Shown here: piece after piece, positions 29,354 through 39,492 of the stretch
Layout of the letters: each line of letters begins with the position of its first letter
Numbering within the stretch: the first letter of the stretch is position 1
DNA from: Candidatus Latescibacterota bacterium
GTDB taxonomy: Bacteria; Latescibacterota; UBA2968; UBA8231
Length of the DNA: 64,000 nt
NCBI GenBank assembly: GCA_964291625.2
Contig: OZ220089.1
Span: 832,001-896,000 of the forward strand
Reading direction: 5' to 3'
Made by a program: the position numbers and the translations under genes
Notes under the pieces: model-generated
Told to the model about the DNA's origin: nothing
Databases searched by the model: none
The model's input: only the letters and a program-made list of their open reading frames with translations

Positions 29354-30221
29354 CAAACCTCGATCGCCTGGTCCAGGGCCCGCATGTACCCGACGGTCCA
29401 CGCCAGCCCCGCCGCCGAGTCGCCGGCGATGGACGGGTAGTGCTCGGGGTAGACCTGGCCCTTGTAGCCGATCTGCTTGAGGGCCCGGAAGCAGCCCGCC
29501 ATGTCGACCTCGCCGGTGCCGAAGGCGACCTCCAGGTAGCCGAGCCGCTCGAAGCGCTCGCGCAGCTCCGCCGGCACCGGTCCGGCCGGGCGGGTCTCCA
29601 CGTCGCGGGCGTGGAACATGAAGATGCGGTCCCCGTAGTCGAGGATGTTGGCCACCAGGTCGTCGCCGGCCATCTGCGACTTGCCCTGGCAGAAGGTGAC
29701 GCCGCTGTTGGCGCTGGGGGCCTCGTCGAAAAGCCGTGTCATCGACTCGTAGTTCCACAACAGGCGGTCGGGAACGTGATAGTGATGGGTGGAGATCTTC
29801 ACTCCCGCGGCCTCGGCGCGCTCGGCCAGGCCGCGGTAGTACTCGACCAGCCCCTGCCACAGGGCGGCGCGCTCGCCATCGTCGGAGAGGGGGTCGACGT
29901 GAGGTAGAAGTGCACATAGGGCACGCCCGCGGTCCCCATCGACTCCAGCAGCCGGCCGATGGACTCCAGCTCGCGCCCGCGAGTCCCGGCGTCGGCGAAG
30001 GCCTGCTGGGGCACCCGGGGCGGCGTCAGGGCCGCCAGGGTCACGCCCTCCGCGGCGTACTCTCCGGCCAGGCGGGCCAGGTCTGCCGCGGCCGGCGAGC
30101 CCTCGCCGCCGCACGCGTCGGAGACTCTCAGCACGATGTGGCGCACCGCCGTGTCGCGGCAGAAGGCCCGGTTGCGCTCGTGGTCCCCTCCGAAGGGGGC
30201 GAAAACACCTATGTCCAGCAT
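29353..30221 (-). CDS. mannonate dehydratase-like / xylose isomerase TIM-barrel protein, frameshifted near 29895
   Basis: N-half MLDIGVFAP.. in ORF 29799..30293; C-half AEAAGVKISTH, NSGVTFCQG, FHARDV, GEVDM, PEH in ORF 29353..30378. Confidence 0.72.
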
Positions 30222-30291
30222 GTGGTCCCTCTCTCTCCCGGGGCGGCATCGAAGGATAGTCACGGCGGAGGGGCGCCGCTGAAGGCCGGCC

Positions 30292-30325
30292 AAAAAAAAA
30301 CCGGCGCGCCGCTGCGACGCGCCGG
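30292..30325 (-). terminator. Rho-independent terminator
   Basis: Minus strand CCGGCGCG-loop-CGCGCCGG followed by T9. Confidence 0.85.
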
Positions 30326-30640
30326 GATACCACTTGGGCGCCGGCGAACCGCCGGCGCCGCGCCAGGTGGGCGACCACCTGGACCTACAGAAACCGTCAG
30401 GTCAGGTGGTCGCACCTCCTGCGGGTATACAACTGCTCACGGACCACCTCCTTTCGTATCGGCTGCGAGAGCCCTGTACACCGGCACCGGATTTGCCGGG
30501 GTGCCGCCGCAAGAGTGGGCCCGCGCGCTCATCCCTGGCCCTGCAGCGTTCGCCCGAAGGGCGGGATCAGGGGCCAGTTGGCATTCTGCCCGGGGCCGGC
30601 GTCCTTCGCCGGCCCTGCGTGCGCGGTGTTTGTGGCCGCG
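30292..30640 (-). ncRNA. candidate structured RNA / leader with micro-ORF
   Basis: Bounded by a sigma70-like promoter and a terminator; at least 7 hairpins; AAAGGAGGT SD before 12-aa ORF 30402-30440; no family recognised. Confidence 0.5.
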
Positions 30641-30646
30641 CCTCGC

Positions 30647-30676
30647 TAATCTACCTCGCCGCCCGAAACGAAGTCA
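30647..30676 (-). promoter_or_regulatory. sigma70-like promoter
   Basis: Minus strand TTGACT-N18-TAGATT, divergent from hemG. Confidence 0.55.
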
Positions 30677-30696
30677 AGAAGTTGTACACTTGAATC

Positions 30697-32079
30697 ATGA
30701 ATCAGAGCGCCCACACCGAGGTCGCCATCGTCGGCGGCGGTCTCTGGGGCCTGGCGGCGGCCCACTTCCTGCGCCGGCTGGCTCCGGAGAGCGAGGTCTC
30801 GGTCTTCGAGGCGGCCCCGCGGCCGGGCGGCGCCGTGCGCACCCTTCGCCGCGACGGGTTCCTCTTCGACGCCGGCCCCTCCAGCCTCCTCGACAACTCC
30901 CCGGATCTGCGCCGGCTGCTGGCCGACAGCGGCCTGGCCGGACACGTGATCGAGGCGCGGGAGGCCGCCGCCCGGAACCGCTTCATCCTCCGCGCCGGCG
31001 GCCTGCGGCGGGTCCCGGCGAGCCCCCCGGCGCTGCTGCGGTCGGACCTGCTGTCGGCCGCGGCCAAGCTGCGCGTGGCCCGCGAGCCCCTGGTGCGGCG
31101 GGCACCGGCCGACGCCGAGGAGAGCCTGGAGGAGTTCGTCCGGCGCCGCCTCGGCCGGGAGTTCGTCGACTACGGCGCCGATCCCTTCGTGGCCGGCACC
31201 TTCGCGGGATCTCCCTCGGAGCTGTGCGTGCGCTCCGCCTTCCCGGGCCTGTGGCGTCTGGAGCAGGAGCACGGCAGCCTGATCCGCGGCGCCGCCGGCC
31301 GGTCCCGGAGGCGCGGAGAGCCCGCCGGCGCCGGACCCGGCGGCGGCATCGCCAGCTTCAGCGGCGGCATGCAGACCCTGGTGGAGGGGCTGGCCGCGCC
31401 CCTCGGAGAGCGGCTGCGCACCCGCGCCCGGCTGACCTCCGTGAGCCGCGGGCCCGGCGGCTTCCGCCTCGCCTTCGAGGGGCCCGGGGCCCCCGCCCGG
31501 GTCACCGCCCGCGCCGTCCTGCTGACCCTGCCGGCCCACGCCTACCGGGAGCTGCGCCTCGACACGGACGTGCCCGAGGGCCTGGCCGGGATCCCCTATC
31601 CCCCGGTGACGGCGGTGTTCTTCGGGTACACGCGGCATCCCCTGGACCCGCCGCCGGAGGGCCTCGGCTTCCTGGTGCCGCGCGTCGAGGGGCGCCGCAT
31701 CCTGGGCACGTTCTGGAACTCCTCGGCCTTCGTGGGACGGGCGCCGGAGGGCGGCGCCGCCTTCACCACCTTCGTCGGCGGCCGCCGCCAGCCGCAGATC
31801 GCCGCCTGGGACGACGGCCGCCTCGCCGAGACCGTCCGCGGCGAGCTGCGCGAGCTGATGGGGGTGGAGCCGGCGCCGGACGTGGTCCTCATCCACCGGT
31901 GGAAGCGGGCGATCCCCCAGTACGTCGTCGGCCACCGCGCCCTCATGGCCGGGATCGACCGCCTGGAGGCCGGCTGCCCGGGCCTGTTCGTGGGCGGCAA
32001 CTTCCGCGGCGGCATCTCCATCGGCGACTGCGTCACCGGCGCCGCGGAGGCGGCGCGGCGCATCGCCGCCCGCCTGTGA
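30697..32079 (+). CDS. hemG: protoporphyrinogen oxidase (HemY-type)
   Basis: FAD motif IVGGG..GL, RPGG, DAGP, GLGFLVP, AIPQY.VGH, GISIGDCV; next to hemA. Confidence 0.93.
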   Translation: MNQSAHTEVAIVGGGLWGLAAAHFLRRLAPESEVSVFEAAPRPGGAVRTLRRDGFLFDAGPSSLLDNSPDLRRLLADSGLAGHVIEAREAAARNRFILRAGGLRRVPASPPALLRSDLLSAAAKLRVAREPLVRRAPADAEESLEEFVRRRLGREFVDYGADPFVAGTFAGSPSELCVRSAFPGLWRLEQEHGSLIRGAAGRSRRRGEPAGAGPGGGIASFSGGMQTLVEGLAAPLGERLRTRARLTSVSRGPGGFRLAFEGPGAPARVTARAVLLTLPAHAYRELRLDTDVPEGLAGIPYPPVTAVFFGYTRHPLDPPPEGLGFLVPRVEGRRILGTFWNSSAFVGRAPEGGAAFTTFVGGRRQPQIAAWDDGRLAETVRGELRELMGVEPAPDVVLIHRWKRAIPQYVVGHRALMAGIDRLEAGCPGLFVGGNFRGGISIGDCVTGAAEAARRIAARL

Positions 32080-32161
32080 CCGCTTTGCCGCCACCGGGGG
32101 CAACCGGCATCTTTTGCGGCCCCGGCCGGTGCTGACGCCGGCCGCCCTGGCTGCTGACGCC

Positions 32162-33427
32162 GTGCGCCTGCTCACCTTCGGACTCAACCACACCACCGCC
32201 CCCGTCGAGGTGCGGGAACGCCTCGCCTTCGCCGAGGGCGACCGGCCCGACTCGCTGCGCCGCCTGCGCGACGGTTACGGCCTCGCCGAGGCGGCGATCC
32301 TGTCCACCTGCAACCGCTCCGAGATCTACGCCGCCGGCAACGGCTCCGGCTTCGAGGAGGTGCGCCGCTTCCTGGCCGAGGAGCGACGGGTCGACGTGGC
32401 CGGCCTCTCTTCCTGCACCTACGAGTACCTCGACGGCGACGCCGCCGCCCACCTCTTCCGCGTGGCCTCCGGCATCGACTCCCTGGTCATCGGCGAGTCG
32501 CAGATCCTCGGCCAGGTGCGCCAGTCCCTGGAGGCCTCGCAGGCCGCGGGATCGGCGCGGCTGGTGATCAACGAGGTCTTCCAGCGGGCCCTGCGCGTCG
32601 GCAAGCGGGCCCGCGCCGAGACCGACATCGGCCGCGGCCACCTGTCGGTGAGCACCGCCGCGGTGGAGCTGGCGGGTCAGATCTTCGACGACCTGTCGTC
32701 CCACGGCGCCCTGCTGATCGGCGCCGGGGAGATGATCGAGCTCACCGCCCGCTACCTGCTGGACACCGGGCTGACCCGCTTCGTCGTCGCCAACCGCACC
32801 GCCGCCAACGCCGCGGAGCTGGCCCGCCGCTTCCAGGGCGAGGCCGTTTCCCTCGAGGCCGTGGGCGGGCGCCTCCTGGAGGCCGACATCGTCATCACCG
32901 GGACCACCGCTCCCGGCTTCGTGATCGACACCGGCACCGTGGCCGCGGCCATGGCCGGGCGGCGGGGGCGCCCCCTGTTCCTCATCGACATCGCCGTGCC
33001 CCGCGACGTCGATCCCGAAGTGCGCGGCCTCGACAACGTCTTCCTCTTCGACATCGACGACCTCGAGAGCGTCGTCTCCTCCAACCGGCGGGAGCGCGAG
33101 GGCGAGATCCGCCGCGTGCAGGCCATCGTCGACGAGGAGCTGGGCGGCTTCCTCCACTGGTTCGGCTCCCTCGGCTCGGGCGACGTGATCCGCGCCCTCC
33201 AGCAGCACAGCTCGGAACTGCGGTCGACGGAGCTCCAGCGCTGGTCGGCGCGGCTCGGCCACCTGTCTGCGGAGGACCGCGCCCTCGTGGAGCGCATACT
33301 GCGGGACTACACCAACAAGCTGCTGCACCAGCCGCTGGTGCAGATCCGCGAGCTCTCGGCCGGGCCCGACGGCCACCTGCACCTGGAGACGGTGCGGCGC
33401 CTCTTCGACCTCGACGAGACCTCGTGA
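32162..33427 (+). CDS. hemA: glutamyl-tRNA reductase
   Basis: GLNHTTAPVEVRE, STCNRSE, GESQILGQV, IGAGEM, DIAVPRDVD. Confidence 0.96.
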   Translation: MRLLTFGLNHTTAPVEVRERLAFAEGDRPDSLRRLRDGYGLAEAAILSTCNRSEIYAAGNGSGFEEVRRFLAEERRVDVAGLSSCTYEYLDGDAAAHLFRVASGIDSLVIGESQILGQVRQSLEASQAAGSARLVINEVFQRALRVGKRARAETDIGRGHLSVSTAAVELAGQIFDDLSSHGALLIGAGEMIELTARYLLDTGLTRFVVANRTAANAAELARRFQGEAVSLEAVGGRLLEADIVITGTTAPGFVIDTGTVAAAMAGRRGRPLFLIDIAVPRDVDPEVRGLDNVFLFDIDDLESVVSSNRREREGEIRRVQAIVDEELGGFLHWFGSLGSGDVIRALQQHSSELRSTELQRWSARLGHLSAEDRALVERILRDYTNKLLHQPLVQIRELSAGPDGHLHLETVRRLFDLDETS

Positions 33428-34230
33428 CCACCTCGTGCCTCGTATTCCTGGGGATCGCCCTGGCTCTCTACCTGTCGGCCTCCCTCGCCTTCCAGGGCCA
33501 CCTGTGGCTGGGCCATCACGCCTGGGAGCGCTGGGGCCGGCGGGGGTTGCAGACCGGCGTCGCCCTCCACGCTCTCGGCCTGCTGCTCCACGTCCTCTTC
33601 GCGCCGCCGCCCTGGCTGGCCAACATGACCTTCGTCATCTCCCTCGTGGTCATCGCCTTCGCCGCCGCCGGCCTGCTGCTGGAGCGCTTCACCCCCCTGC
33701 GCCACTTCAACCTCGTCCTGGCGCCCCTCGCCTTTCTCGGCACCCTCTACCCGCTGCTGATGCCGGTCCGCTTCGAGGAGTCGGCCTCCATCCTCCTGCG
33801 CTACCCGTGGCTCGGCACCCACGTCCTCACCACCCTCTTCGGACAGGTCGGCTTCGCCCTCTCCTTCTGCGCCGCCGCCGCCTACCTGCTGCAGAGCCGG
33901 GCCCTCAAGCGAGGCCGCCTGAACCGCTTCCTCCCCGCCCTCGACACGTCGGCGCACGTCGCCTTCCACGCCGCCGCGTGGGGCTTCTTCCTGTTCTCCA
34001 TGGGGCTGGCCATGGGGGCGGCGTGGATGTTCGGCGCCCCCGGCGAGTCGCTGCGCGCCCTGGACCCCAAGATCCTCCTCGCCCTGCCCACGTGGGGGTT
34101 CTTCGCCGCCTACCTCTACCTGCGCGGGGTGAGGGGCCGCCACGGCAGCCGCCTCAAGTGGCTGGTGATCACCGGTTTCAGCGTGGGCCTGGTGAACTAC
34201 CTCGTGGTGCCCCACCAGTTCGCCGGCTAG
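33424..34230 (+). CDS. cytochrome c assembly protein (CcsA/HemX-like)
   Basis: 8 TM pattern, conserved His (GTHV), LPALD, DPK motif; adjacent to hemA. Confidence 0.82.
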   Translation: MTTSCLVFLGIALALYLSASLAFQGHLWLGHHAWERWGRRGLQTGVALHALGLLLHVLFAPPPWLANMTFVISLVVIAFAAAGLLLERFTPLRHFNLVLAPLAFLGTLYPLLMPVRFEESASILLRYPWLGTHVLTTLFGQVGFALSFCAAAAYLLQSRALKRGRLNRFLPALDTSAHVAFHAAAWGFFLFSMGLAMGAAWMFGAPGESLRALDPKILLALPTWGFFAAYLYLRGVRGRHGSRLKWLVITGFSVGLVNYLVVPHQFAG

Positions 34231-34241
34231 TCCCGCCCCCC

Positions 34242-34934
34242 TCAGGCGTACTCGATCTCCAGGGTGTCGAGGACGACGTAGCCCTCCGGCAGACGCGAAC
34301 GCCAGATGGGATAGTCGAGCCCCGCCCGCAGCCGGTGCGGGTCCCCGTCCACCGGTCCCATGGCCTCGACGGTGAGAGGAAAGAGGATCAGCAGGATATT
34401 GAGGTTCACGTCTCCGAGGATGCGCTCCAGGGGGCGCTCGCCGTAGGTCTCGCCGCGGCCGTGGCGGGTGCCGAGGCAGCGCCACAGGGCCGGGTCCGGG
34501 TCGAGGGTCACGGTGGGCTCGCTCCAGTCCTCGGTGACCGGGAAGGGCCGCCCCGTGCATACCCACCCCGAGGTCTTGCCGTCGCAGCGGCCCTGCCCCA
34601 GGAAGACCAGCTGCGAGCCCCGAGTCTCCAGCTCGCCGCGCAGGCGCAGGGTCACCCGGGCGCCGCGGTAGTCGGTGGGGAAGCCGCCGTCGATGAGGCT
34701 GTTGCGCCCGCCTGCGTCGAGGGTGCGCTCGTCCAGGGCGCCGCGGGTGTTGGAGCCGTAGAGGATGTTGAGGTACCCCGCGCCGGGAGGGGCGTGGTTG
34801 TAGTCGACCCACCAGGGGCTGCGCGAGGTCAGGGTGCCGGGCGCCCACTCCAGCCTGCGGGGGCCGCGGACGTTGTCCTCCCAGCCGCACCAGCCGGCGG
34901 GGCCGTCGTCGAAGGTCTCGGTGTACGTCGTCAT
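34242..34934 (-). CDS. hypothetical protein (Trp-rich, possible carbohydrate-binding-like fold)
   Basis: 230-aa ORF, AGGAG RBS, SPWWVDYNH motif; operonic. Confidence 0.7.
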   Translation of the reverse strand: MTTYTETFDDGPAGWCGWEDNVRGPRRLEWAPGTLTSRSPWWVDYNHAPPGAGYLNILYGSNTRGALDERTLDAGGRNSLIDGGFPTDYRGARVTLRLRGELETRGSQLVFLGQGRCDGKTSGWVCTGRPFPVTEDWSEPTVTLDPDPALWRCLGTRHGRGETYGERPLERILGDVNLNILLILFPLTVEAMGPVDGDPHRLRAGLDYPIWRSRLPEGYVVLDTLEIEYA

Positions 34935-34937
34935 CTG

Positions 34938-35921
34938 TCACTCCTTCGGGCTGTGGGCCACGCCGATGTGCCGGTAGACGCCGGCGCGGTCGGACAGGAC
35001 CCTCCCGTCTCCGGCGCCGTAGAGGTTCCCGTGGTCCCGGGTGCAGTAGTACATCAGGTAGCGGTCCCCGTCGTCGAGGACGCAGGGCGTGGAGGTGTAG
35101 CGGCCGTCGAAGTCGTTGGGATCGCGCGTGGCGGGGAGGGCCGGCTCCTCCAGGTGGTGGGTCCAGCTCAGGCCGTCCTCCGAGGTGGAGCAGAAGATCT
35201 CGAAGAGGCTCTCGCCCACGTGGCAGGCGTACCACATGGTGTAGCCCCCGGGGTCCCGCATGACCCAGGGATAGATGACCGAGCGGCGGGTCTCCGTGGC
35301 CGACAGCATCGGCGCCGGGTCCCGCCTCCAGCTCAGTCCGTCGGCCGACTCGAAGCGGTAGAGGTGGCTCACACGCTTCTGGAAGTCGGCGCCCGTCTCG
35401 GGGGCCGAGTTCATCCACATGCGGTAGACTCCCGGCCCGTCCTTCATCACGAAGGGGCCGTGGCCCTCGGCGAAGATCGGCTCGGGATGGACCTCCCACT
35501 CCAGGCCGTCCGGGCTGGATGCGTAGCCCAGCTTCTGATCGATGTCGACGAGGCGGCCCTCGTCGCTGCGGCGCCCGGCGAGGCTGACGAACCACATGCG
35601 GAAGAGGCCCTCCTCCTCGTCGAAGATCACGTGGGGCGACCCCCAGGAGCTGCCGAAGGGCAGGTCCGCCGCCGTCAGGATGGGGTTGGCCTCGTGGGGC
35701 GTCCACGTCAGCCCGTCGGCGGACTCGGCGTACCCCAGGCACATGTCGGCGGTGCGCGTGGCGGTGCTGTTGCCGAGGTACCACATGCGGTAGCGGCCTT
35801 GCGCGAAGGCCACCGTCGGGTAGTAGAGCTGTACCCGGCACCAGGCCTGGTCCGTGGTCATGGCGGAGAGGACGGGCTGGTCCCGCCGCTTCCATCGCAG
35901 ACGGTGAAGGGGTGTGGTCAC
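34938..35921 (-). CDS. five-bladed beta-propeller glycosidase-like protein (GH32/GH43/GH130-like)
   Basis: Repeated Y.MWY/F and S.DGL.W Asp-box blades. Confidence 0.78.
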   Translation of the reverse strand: MTTPLHRLRWKRRDQPVLSAMTTDQAWCRVQLYYPTVAFAQGRYRMWYLGNSTATRTADMCLGYAESADGLTWTPHEANPILTAADLPFGSSWGSPHVIFDEEEGLFRMWFVSLAGRRSDEGRLVDIDQKLGYASSPDGLEWEVHPEPIFAEGHGPFVMKDGPGVYRMWMNSAPETGADFQKRVSHLYRFESADGLSWRRDPAPMLSATETRRSVIYPWVMRDPGGYTMWYACHVGESLFEIFCSTSEDGLSWTHHLEEPALPATRDPNDFDGRYTSTPCVLDDGDRYLMYYCTRDHGNLYGAGDGRVLSDRAGVYRHIGVAHSPKE

Positions 35922-37228
35922 GGTCGTCCTTTCTCTCCCCGCCGGGGGGGCCCTGCGAGGAGGAACACGAGGGCGGTGAGGGCGCCGAGGGCTGCGAAAG
36001 CCGCGAAGGCGGGGACGTAGCTCTCGCGGCCGGGAGCCGTGAGGTGGTCGAAGACGACGCCCGGCACGAGAGCGCCCACGGCCTGGCCGAAGGTGGTGAA
36101 GGGCTCGGTGGCGCCGCGGATGGCGCCCAGGGAGCGGCGCCCGAAGTAGTCGGCATAGGCCACGGGCGGCACCGTGAGCATGCCTCCCAGCCCGAAGCCG
36201 AAGACCGCGGAGCAGGCCAGCGCCTCGGCCGCCGTGTCGGCGCCGACGAAGAGGGCCGAACCCGCGGCCATGACCAGGGCCACGGCGGCCATGACGTAGC
36301 GGGGGGAGCAGGCCTCTACCACCCGGCCCCAGACCAGGCCGCCGATCCCCAGGAAGGCGGCGTTCAGGCTGATGGCCAGGCCCGCGGTGGCCGCGTCGAG
36401 GCCCTGATCGCGGAAGAAGGCCGCCGCGTGGGTGTTGGTCCCGGCCTGAATGAGAAAGAGGGCGCCCGTGCCGATGGCGAGGATCCACAAGGCCGGCGTT
36501 CGCACCGCCTCCGCCAGGGTCCACCCGGGCTCCTCCCGCCGCGGCGAGGGCGAGTCCTCCTGCGAGTCCACCCCGTCGCCATCGGGCCGCAGGTCCACGT
36601 CCTCGGGGCTTTCCGCCATCAGCAGCCAGGCTGGCAGCAGGGCCGCCCCCCACACCACCAGACCCAGCACCACCCAGGCCTCGCGCCAGCCGTCGCGGGC
36701 GATGATCACCGAGGCCAGCAGCGGGAAGAGGATCATCCCCGCCGAGTGGGTCGCCGACAGCATGCCGTTGACCCGCCCGCGCATGCGCACGAACCAGCGC
36801 GAGACGACCACCGACGTGGCGATGGGGACGGGGCTGGAGAAGATGACCCGGCCGGTGCCGTAGGCGAGGTAGAAGGCCCAGGGGACGGCGGCGCCGAAGA
36901 GGGTGACCGTGGCGGTGGCCCAGGCGAGGGAGATGGTGGCCAGACCGAGGACGAGGACGCTGAGGGTCAGGACGCTGCGCGCACCGAAGCGGTCCACCGC
37001 CCGGCCCACCGCCGGCGAGGCGAAGGTGGCCGCCAGCCCCCCCAGGCTGGCGGCGCCGGCGATCATCGTGCGGCTCCAGCCCAGCTCCTGCGACAGGGGG
37101 TAGACGAAGACGGCGATGGTCAGGCTCGCCGCGGCGTTGCGCACGAAGTTGGAGGTACCCGCCGAGAACAGGACCACCCAGCCGTAGTAGAAGGGGGTGC
37201 GCCGGGCCAGGAGGGGTGCGAGGTTCAC
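35918..37228 (-). CDS. MFS transporter
   Basis: FYYGW, ELGWSR, GRAVDRFGAR motif A, WFVRMRG, DYFGRR. Confidence 0.92.
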   Translation of the reverse strand: MNLAPLLARRTPFYYGWVVLFSAGTSNFVRNAAASLTIAVFVYPLSQELGWSRTMIAGAASLGGLAATFASPAVGRAVDRFGARSVLTLSVLVLGLATISLAWATATVTLFGAAVPWAFYLAYGTGRVIFSSPVPIATSVVVSRWFVRMRGRVNGMLSATHSAGMILFPLLASVIIARDGWREAWVVLGLVVWGAALLPAWLLMAESPEDVDLRPDGDGVDSQEDSPSPRREEPGWTLAEAVRTPALWILAIGTGALFLIQAGTNTHAAAFFRDQGLDAATAGLAISLNAAFLGIGGLVWGRVVEACSPRYVMAAVALVMAAGSALFVGADTAAEALACSAVFGFGLGGMLTVPPVAYADYFGRRSLGAIRGATEPFTTFGQAVGALVPGVVFDHLTAPGRESYVPAFAAFAALGALTALVFLLAGPPRRGEKGRP

Positions 37229-37416
37229 GGGGATGGGGTCTTTCTTCGGCCCTTTTCGCCAGTTGGCCACACCTGGAAACCAGTCGGTTGACGCGGAGAG
37301 GACCTCAGTCCCCGCCGGGGCGTTCTCTCCTCGGCAGCAGTCGGGGCGTATTATAGCTTCCCACCGGGCACCCGTGCCCTTTGGCGAAGCTACCGTCTTG
37401 CCCTTGAGGAAGCTGC

Positions 37417-39492
37417 GTGACCTACCTCCCTGACCGAGCATTGGAGTTACTGAGATCGGGTACCGGGCAGCAGGATGCCGAGTTCCGCGAGGGCCAGGAA
37501 GATGCCATTGCCCACCTCGTGGAGAACCGGGGCCGACTGCTCCTGGTACAAAGGACCGGATGGGGCAAGAGTTTCGTCTACTTCATTGCGACCAAGTTGC
37601 TGCGCGAGGCCGGGGCCGGACCCGCCCTCCTGTTCTCGCCTCTGCTTGCCTTGATGCGCAACCAGATCGAGGCCGCCGTCCGAATGGGTGTTCGGGCCCT
37701 GCGCATCGCCTCAGACAACCAGGAGGACTGGACTGCCGCTGAGGAGCGTCTTGAGCGGGACGAGGTGGACATCCTGCTCATCTCCCCCGAGCGCCTCGGC
37801 AACGAGCGCTTTCGAACCGAGGTGTTGGCCCCGATCGCTGGGAGCATCGCCTTCCTGATCATCGACGAGGCCCACTGCATCTCGGATTGGGGCCACGATT
37901 TCAGACCTCACTATCGACTGATCGAGCGGGTTGCCCGGACGCTGCCCGCGAACCTCAGATTGCTCGCAACCACCGCCACCGCCAACCATCGTGTCATGCA
38001 GGATCTCCGCGCAGTGCTCGGCCCCGGCCTGGAGGTATTTCGAGGGGCTCTCAACCGTCCCTCGCTCATGCTTCAGACGATTCGGCTTCCCCGGCAATCG
38101 GAACGGATGGCGTGGCTTGCGGAGCAGGTCCCCCTTCTGCCTGGCCACGGAATCATCTATGCGCTGACCATCCGCGATGCGAACCAAGTCGCGGAGTGGC
38201 TGCGATCGCGGGGTGTCGAAGCTGAAGCCTACACCGGACAGGCGGGAGAGCGCCGGGAGGAGCTCGAGCGAGCGTTGCTCGACAACCGAGTGAAGGCTCT
38301 GGTAGCGACCACGGCCCTCGGAATGGGGTTCGACAAGCCGGATCTCGGCTTTGTGATTCACTATCAGAGTCCATCTTCGGTCGTCGCCTACTACCAGCAA
38401 GTGGGGCGCGCCGGACGTGCACTGGACGCTGCCTACGGCGTGCTGTTGAGTGGCGACGAAGAGACCGACATCGCGGACTATTTCATTCGCAGCGCCTTTC
38501 CGACGCGAGATGAAGTCCGGCAAGTGATCGAAGCGCTCGAGGGCGCTCTGGACGGCCTCTCTCTCCCGGAACTGCTTGGAGAGGTCAATGTCAGTCAGGG
38601 CCGTATCGAGAGGACGATTTCGCTGCTCTCGCTGGAGTCCCCGGCTCCCATCACGAAGGAGGGAACCAGGTGGCAGTTGACTGCCGCGAATCTCAGCGAA
38701 GAGTTCTGGCAACGGGCAGAACGTCTGACTCGCCTGCGACGCGAGGAACAGCGCCAGATGCAGCAATACGTGCGACTTGAGGCTGGACACATGGAATTCC
38801 TCATCCAGGCCCTGGATGGAGAGCCTGGAAGCATTCAGCAGCCGGACCTGCCGCTTCTCCCCGCCGAGGTCGCACAAAGTCTCTTGAGGGAATCGGTGGC
38901 CTTTCTGCGGCGGACCAGCCTGCCGGTCGATCCAAGACAGCGATGGCCCACCGGGGGATTGCCGCGATATGACGCTCGCGGGAACATCCCCGTGGAGCAC
39001 CGGCCAGAGCCCGGGAAGGCGCTCTGCATCTGGGGCGACGCGGGCTGGGGCGGGCTCGTCCGAACCGGGAAGTACCAAGAGGGCCGGTTTTCGGACGATC
39101 TTGTCGAGGCCTGCGCGGGTCTGATGAGACGGTGGGACCCGAGGCCGGCGCCGGATTGGGTGACCTGCATCCCGTCGCGCCGGCACCCCGGACTCCTCCC
39201 GGATTTCGCCGAACGGCTGGCGACGCAAGTGGGCCTCCCATTTCATCAGGTGATGGAGAAGGTCGAGGATCGCGCCGAACAGAAATCGATGGAGAACAGC
39301 ACGCAGCAGGCCCGTAACGTAGACGGCTCCCTCGTGGTTTCCGTGGAACCCCTGCCCCCGGGGCCGGTGCTGCTAGTGGACGACATGGTGGATTCTCGCT
39401 GGACCCTGACGGTCGCCGCATGGCTCCTGCGCCTGCATGGGAGTGGCAAGGTGTGGCCCCTTGTCCTCGCTTCGACGAGCCGCGGCGGATGA
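37417..39492 (+). CDS. rqlH: RecQ-like helicase with C-terminal phosphoribosyltransferase domain (RqlH clade)
   Basis: [31 protein letters not shown]; C-terminal [13 protein letters not shown] PRTase motif; no HRDC. Confidence 0.85.
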   Translation: MTYLPDRALELLRSGTGQQDAEFREGQEDAIAHLVENRGRLLLVQRTGWGKSFVYFIATKLLREAGAGPALLFSPLLALMRNQIEAAVRMGVRALRIASDNQEDWTAAEERLERDEVDILLISPERLGNERFRTEVLAPIAGSIAFLIIDEAHCISDWGHDFRPHYRLIERVARTLPANLRLLATTATANHRVMQDLRAVLGPGLEVFRGALNRPSLMLQTIRLPRQSERMAWLAEQVPLLPGHGIIYALTIRDANQVAEWLRSRGVEAEAYTGQAGERREELERALLDNRVKALVATTALGMGFDKPDLGFVIHYQSPSSVVAYYQQVGRAGRALDAAYGVLLSGDEETDIADYFIRSAFPTRDEVRQVIEALEGALDGLSLPELLGEVNVSQGRIERTISLLSLESPAPITKEGTRWQLTAANLSEEFWQRAERLTRLRREEQRQMQQYVRLEAGHMEFLIQALDGEPGSIQQPDLPLLPAEVAQSLLRESVAFLRRTSLPVDPRQRWPTGGLPRYDARGNIPVEHRPEPGKALCIWGDAGWGGLVRTGKYQEGRFSDDLVEACAGLMRRWDPRPAPDWVTCIPSRRHPGLLPDFAERLATQVGLPFHQVMEKVEDRAEQKSMENSTQQARNVDGSLVVSVEPLPPGPVLLVDDMVDSRWTLTVAAWLLRLHGSGKVWPLVLASTSRGG

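Noticed and set aside
30441-30456. GGACCACCTCCTTTC resembling the 16S rRNA 3' end
   Set aside because: No other 16S sequence upstream; better explained as the complement of a strong minus-strand SD.
30292-30640. tmRNA or RNase P RNA, based on size
   Set aside because: No tRNA-like acceptor/T-arm ends or ANDN-type tag, and no GAGGAAAGUCC or matching P4 3' motif seen.
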